A DNA stretch of 20,000 nt. Source: an uncultured virus (IMG/VR IMGVR_UViG_3300030109_004479). Its lineage: Duplodnaviria; Heunggongvirae; Uroviricota; Caudoviricetes. The translations under genes were made by a program, and so were the position numbers. Where the stretch lies: positions 47,292 through 67,291 of the IMG/VR virus record IMGVR_UViG_3300030109_004479; one strand, written 5' to 3'. The notes under the pieces were generated by a model that worked only from the letters and a program-made list of their open reading frames with translations, had not been told where the DNA came from and searched no databases. Positions 18,201 to 20,000 of this stretch are shown piece by piece (positions within the stretch are counted from its first letter, which is position 1; every line of letters begins with the position of its first letter).

Positions 18201-20000
18201 GCACAGTTTGGTAACTCTCAAGATTTATTTATTAAACACGATGGCACTGATTCAATTATTGAAAACTCCACTGGCCATATAAGAATTACAAATAAAGCTG
18301 ATGATAAAGATATTATTTTCCAGAGTGATTATGGTGATGGCACTGTTGCAACTTATTTTAGATTAGACGGCAGTTTTGGTGGGGCAGGTTACCCAACAAC
18401 TGTATTCCCTAACGACTCATCATTAAGGTTTGGTAATCAAGGGAACCTGCAAATAATCAACAATGGCACTGATTCATACATTCAAGAGAACAATGGTGAC
18501 CTTTATATAAGGCAAAGTACAGACGATAAAGATATAATTTTCCAATGTGACGATGGCTCTGGTGGTATAGAAACCTATTTCTATTTAGATGGTTCCATTA
18601 ATGGAGGTAATCCTTTTACTGTTTTTCCAGATAACGCAAGGATAGCTTTTGGAACTGGTTTAGATTTAAGATTTACTCACGATGGGAATGATAGTTTCAT
18701 AACACAAACTGGAACAGGGGATTTATACATTCAAAATATTGTAGATGACAAAGATATAATTTTCCAGTCTGATAATGGCTCTGGTGGAACAGAAACCTAC
18801 TTCTATTTAGATGGTTCAGCTTCTTCTGGTAATCCTTTTACAGTATTTCCTGACCTTAGTGAACTAGCTTTTGGAGATAGTAGAGATCTTAGAATCAAAC
18901 ATACTGGTGATAGTTATATTACTAGTTATTCGGGTAGTCTTTACCTCCGCACGGACACTACGGATGGTGATATAAGGCTTCAGTCTGACAATGGATCTGG
19001 AGGAATGACTGATTACTTAATTTGTGATGGTAGCCAAGTCACTATTCGGATGAAGAGGCAGACGAAATGGGATAACAACATACTGGCAACTTTTGGCGAT
19101 AGTGATGACCTTCAAATATACCATGACGGAACGGACAGTTATATTTCTAATACGCAGAACGAAGGAAATCTAGTAATTGAAAACGGGGCAAACGGGAAAG
19201 ATATTCTATTTAAATGCGATTCTGGCGACGGTGGTTTACATGAATATGTTCGCCTAGATGGGGGTCTGTTCCACACCATATTTTCAAAATCCACTCAACA
19301 CGCAGATGGTGCTTATGCAAAATTTGGAAATGCTGGCGATATGCAGATTGTGCATGATGGTAGCAATAATATTATACAAGCTACTGTCGGTGATTTAATC
19401 ATACAAAATACTGCGAATGATAAAGACATCATCTTTAAATCTGATGATGGCTCTGGTGGAGTAGAAACCTATTTCTTTTTAGATGGTAGTGCTTCAAGCG
19501 GTGATCCTATTACTGTTTTTCCTGATAGTTCCAAACTGTGTTTTGGAACAGATTTCGACCTTAGACTTTTTCACACTTCTGGTAATTCTTACATTGATAA
19601 TTATGTAGGCGATTTATTAATTAGAAACCAAGCAAACGATGGAAATCTTTCTTTTGTTTGTGACGATGGCTCTGGAGGTATGGCTGAATACTTCCGTCTA
19701 GATGGTGGGATAACAAATATTACCTTTAGTAAAGAACTTAAATTACTAGATGCTGTTCAAATTCAATTAGGCTCTGATGTTGATATGGTAATAACCCACA
19801 ATGGAGCTAATGGGTTCATTACTAATAATACAGGTGATCTAACTATAAAAAACAATGCAGATGATAAGGACATTATATTTCAATGTGACGATGGCTCTGG
19901 TGGTGTAGCTACTTACTTCAGTTTAGACGGATCAGGCGCACCAAATCCAAGGACAACTTTTCCAGACAACTCAACACTTCAGCTTGGAACAGGCGGTGAT
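15204..20000 (+). CDS. Giant modular tail fibre protein 2 (3'-truncated, at least 1599 codons; not in ORF track)
   Basis: ATG at 15204 (TAA-A-ATG) gives MADQTIPTIKNLRGNIGIGTASPAEKLHVDSG.... The same frame carries every repeat core and ends the window as ...FPDNSTLQLGTGGD (last codon 19998-20000). An internal in-frame stop would have produced a long track ORF, and none is listed. Confidence 0.92.
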   Translation, partial: MADQTIPTIKNLRGNIGIGTASPAEKLHVDSGNIQLTNGNYIIFDGPTPKQTKMRSYYDGSSTHLAMTVANTSILDLKADGLVTFSGTGGGALTIGSHIDLGDSQKVRLGASDDLQIYHDGTHSYITNNVTGSLYIQSGNSIQLESSTGENMLVATANGAVELYHNNSKKFETTTDGIALHGNGYIDLPDNGRARFGAGYDLAIYHSGSHSYIKDEGTGGLYLQTNGPAIYFQDTDGNPMAQFTDGGHCFLMSEGTTRFQTSATGATITGDLTVTGGLTINGTTTTIDTTNLLVEDKNIVIGNVDTPSDTTADGGGITLKGASDYTIAWSNSTDYWTFNQGIEIDVGSTNAKGIKIGNDSYDASIIPTSLGGVAISSSDPFLFYINSAVRATFTTDGKLNFPDNGRVSLGSANDLELWHSGSHSYVSNNVGDLFIYNNTNDGNITFYSDDGSGGVTEYFRVDGGANQNVFPVSVLLNDGVYLHMGTGSDLQIWHDATNSNIQNNTGDFYITNTADNKDIIFQCDDTSGGTTPYFRLDGDSGYTKAHKEIRMDDSIPLRIGTGGDARFMHDGNNTYLDNYTGDFYIRQATDDKDLIFQCDDGSGGNATYFFCDGSLAGSTNWTVFPDNSIIAIGSGLDLRIYHDGTQSWVYNTVGDLKIANGADDKDIIFQCDDGSGSFETYFFLDGSKSTGDPYTIFPNNSFLGFGDSGNLLIRHTGLGASIQNNGGDISITQNTNDGDIRFYCDDGSGGTAEYFRVDGGAELTYFSKSIRFADGIQSGFGADNDLVIYHNTSGDSVIDNFTGDLYISNKADDKDIVFRSDDGSGGYETYFFLDGSYGSSGYTWTVFPDQSVAAFGDSKDLRIYHASNSYIYNTVGDLQIINGADDKDITFQCDDGSGGYETYFFLDGSVSSGNPYTTFPDNSRLTFGSSRDLQIMHNGTNTVVENLTGNLSFINYADDKDIVFQSDDGSGGVTAYLTIDGSGGYMWASKSLLFADNISAQFGNSQDLFIKHDGTDSIIENSTGHIRITNKADDKDIIFQSDYGDGTVATYFRLDGSFGGAGYPTTVFPNDSSLRFGNQGNLQIINNGTDSYIQENNGDLYIRQSTDDKDIIFQCDDGSGGIETYFYLDGSINGGNPFTVFPDNARIAFGTGLDLRFTHDGNDSFITQTGTGDLYIQNIVDDKDIIFQSDNGSGGTETYFYLDGSASSGNPFTVFPDLSELAFGDSRDLRIKHTGDSYITSYSGSLYLRTDTTDGDIRLQSDNGSGGMTDYLICDGSQVTIRMKRQTKWDNNILATFGDSDDLQIYHDGTDSYISNTQNEGNLVIENGANGKDILFKCDSGDGGLHEYVRLDGGLFHTIFSKSTQHADGAYAKFGNAGDMQIVHDGSNNIIQATVGDLIIQNTANDKDIIFKSDDGSGGVETYFFLDGSASSGDPITVFPDSSKLCFGTDFDLRLFHTSGNSYIDNYVGDLLIRNQANDGNLSFVCDDGSGGMAEYFRLDGGITNITFSKELKLLDAVQIQLGSDVDMVITHNGANGFITNNTGDLTIKNNADDKDIIFQCDDGSGGVATYFSLDGSGAPNPRTTFPDNSTLQLGTGGD
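16434..20000 (+). repeat. DDGSGG repeat array 4 (at least 16 uninterrupted units) in fibre 2
   Basis: Cores at 16548, 16773, 16998, 17217, 17436, 17664, 17883, 18102, 18327, 18549, 18771, 18987, 19218, 19443, 19662 and 19887. Spacings are 216-231 nt, all multiples of 3, and the array runs off the window end. Confidence 0.95.

Noticed and set aside
9290..20000. Diversity-generating retroelement (TR/VR pair) as the source of repeat variation
   Set aside because: No reverse transcriptase is present in the window. All copies are coding and in frame, and differences involve all four bases and many synonymous sites rather than adenine-only substitutions. A DGR elsewhere in the genome cannot be excluded.
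16434..20000. CRISPR-like array (conserved cores with variable spacers)
   Set aside because: The period is 216-231 nt in multiples of three, the cores vary at third codon positions, and the whole array is an open reading frame. This is a protein repeat.
1..20000. Stop-codon reassignment (no gene ends in TGA, only one in TAG)
   Set aside because: Genes tile the window densely under the standard code with no interrupted ORFs. TAA preference is expected in AT-rich, highly expressed genes.

Overview
The window is an uninterrupted, all plus-strand virion morphogenesis module of a tailed dsDNA bacteriophage. It is AT-rich and its motif content resembles uncultured aquatic phages, but the host cannot be determined from sequence. 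Gene order: 5'-truncated probable major capsid gene (open from position 2), a stem-loop, an unannotated 48-codon ORF, an intrinsic terminator, several hypothetical virion proteins (one with repeated HxH motifs), a GT25-family glycosyltransferase, a probable head-tail adaptor, two small structural genes, a 2496-aa tail fibre, and a second giant fibre gene. The second fibre gene (15204 to beyond 20000, at least 1599 codons) is missing from the ORF track because its stop lies outside the window. The most striking structure is a ~73-75-aa 'H[DN]G...DDKDIIF.[CS]DDGSGG..YF.LDG' repeat present about 31 times across the two fibre genes. It occurs in two subtypes, with a higher-order triplet duplication and signs of unit exchange within and between the genes. 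No RNA genes, CRISPR arrays, integrase, transposase or reverse transcriptase were seen. All product calls come from manual motif recognition, not database searches.
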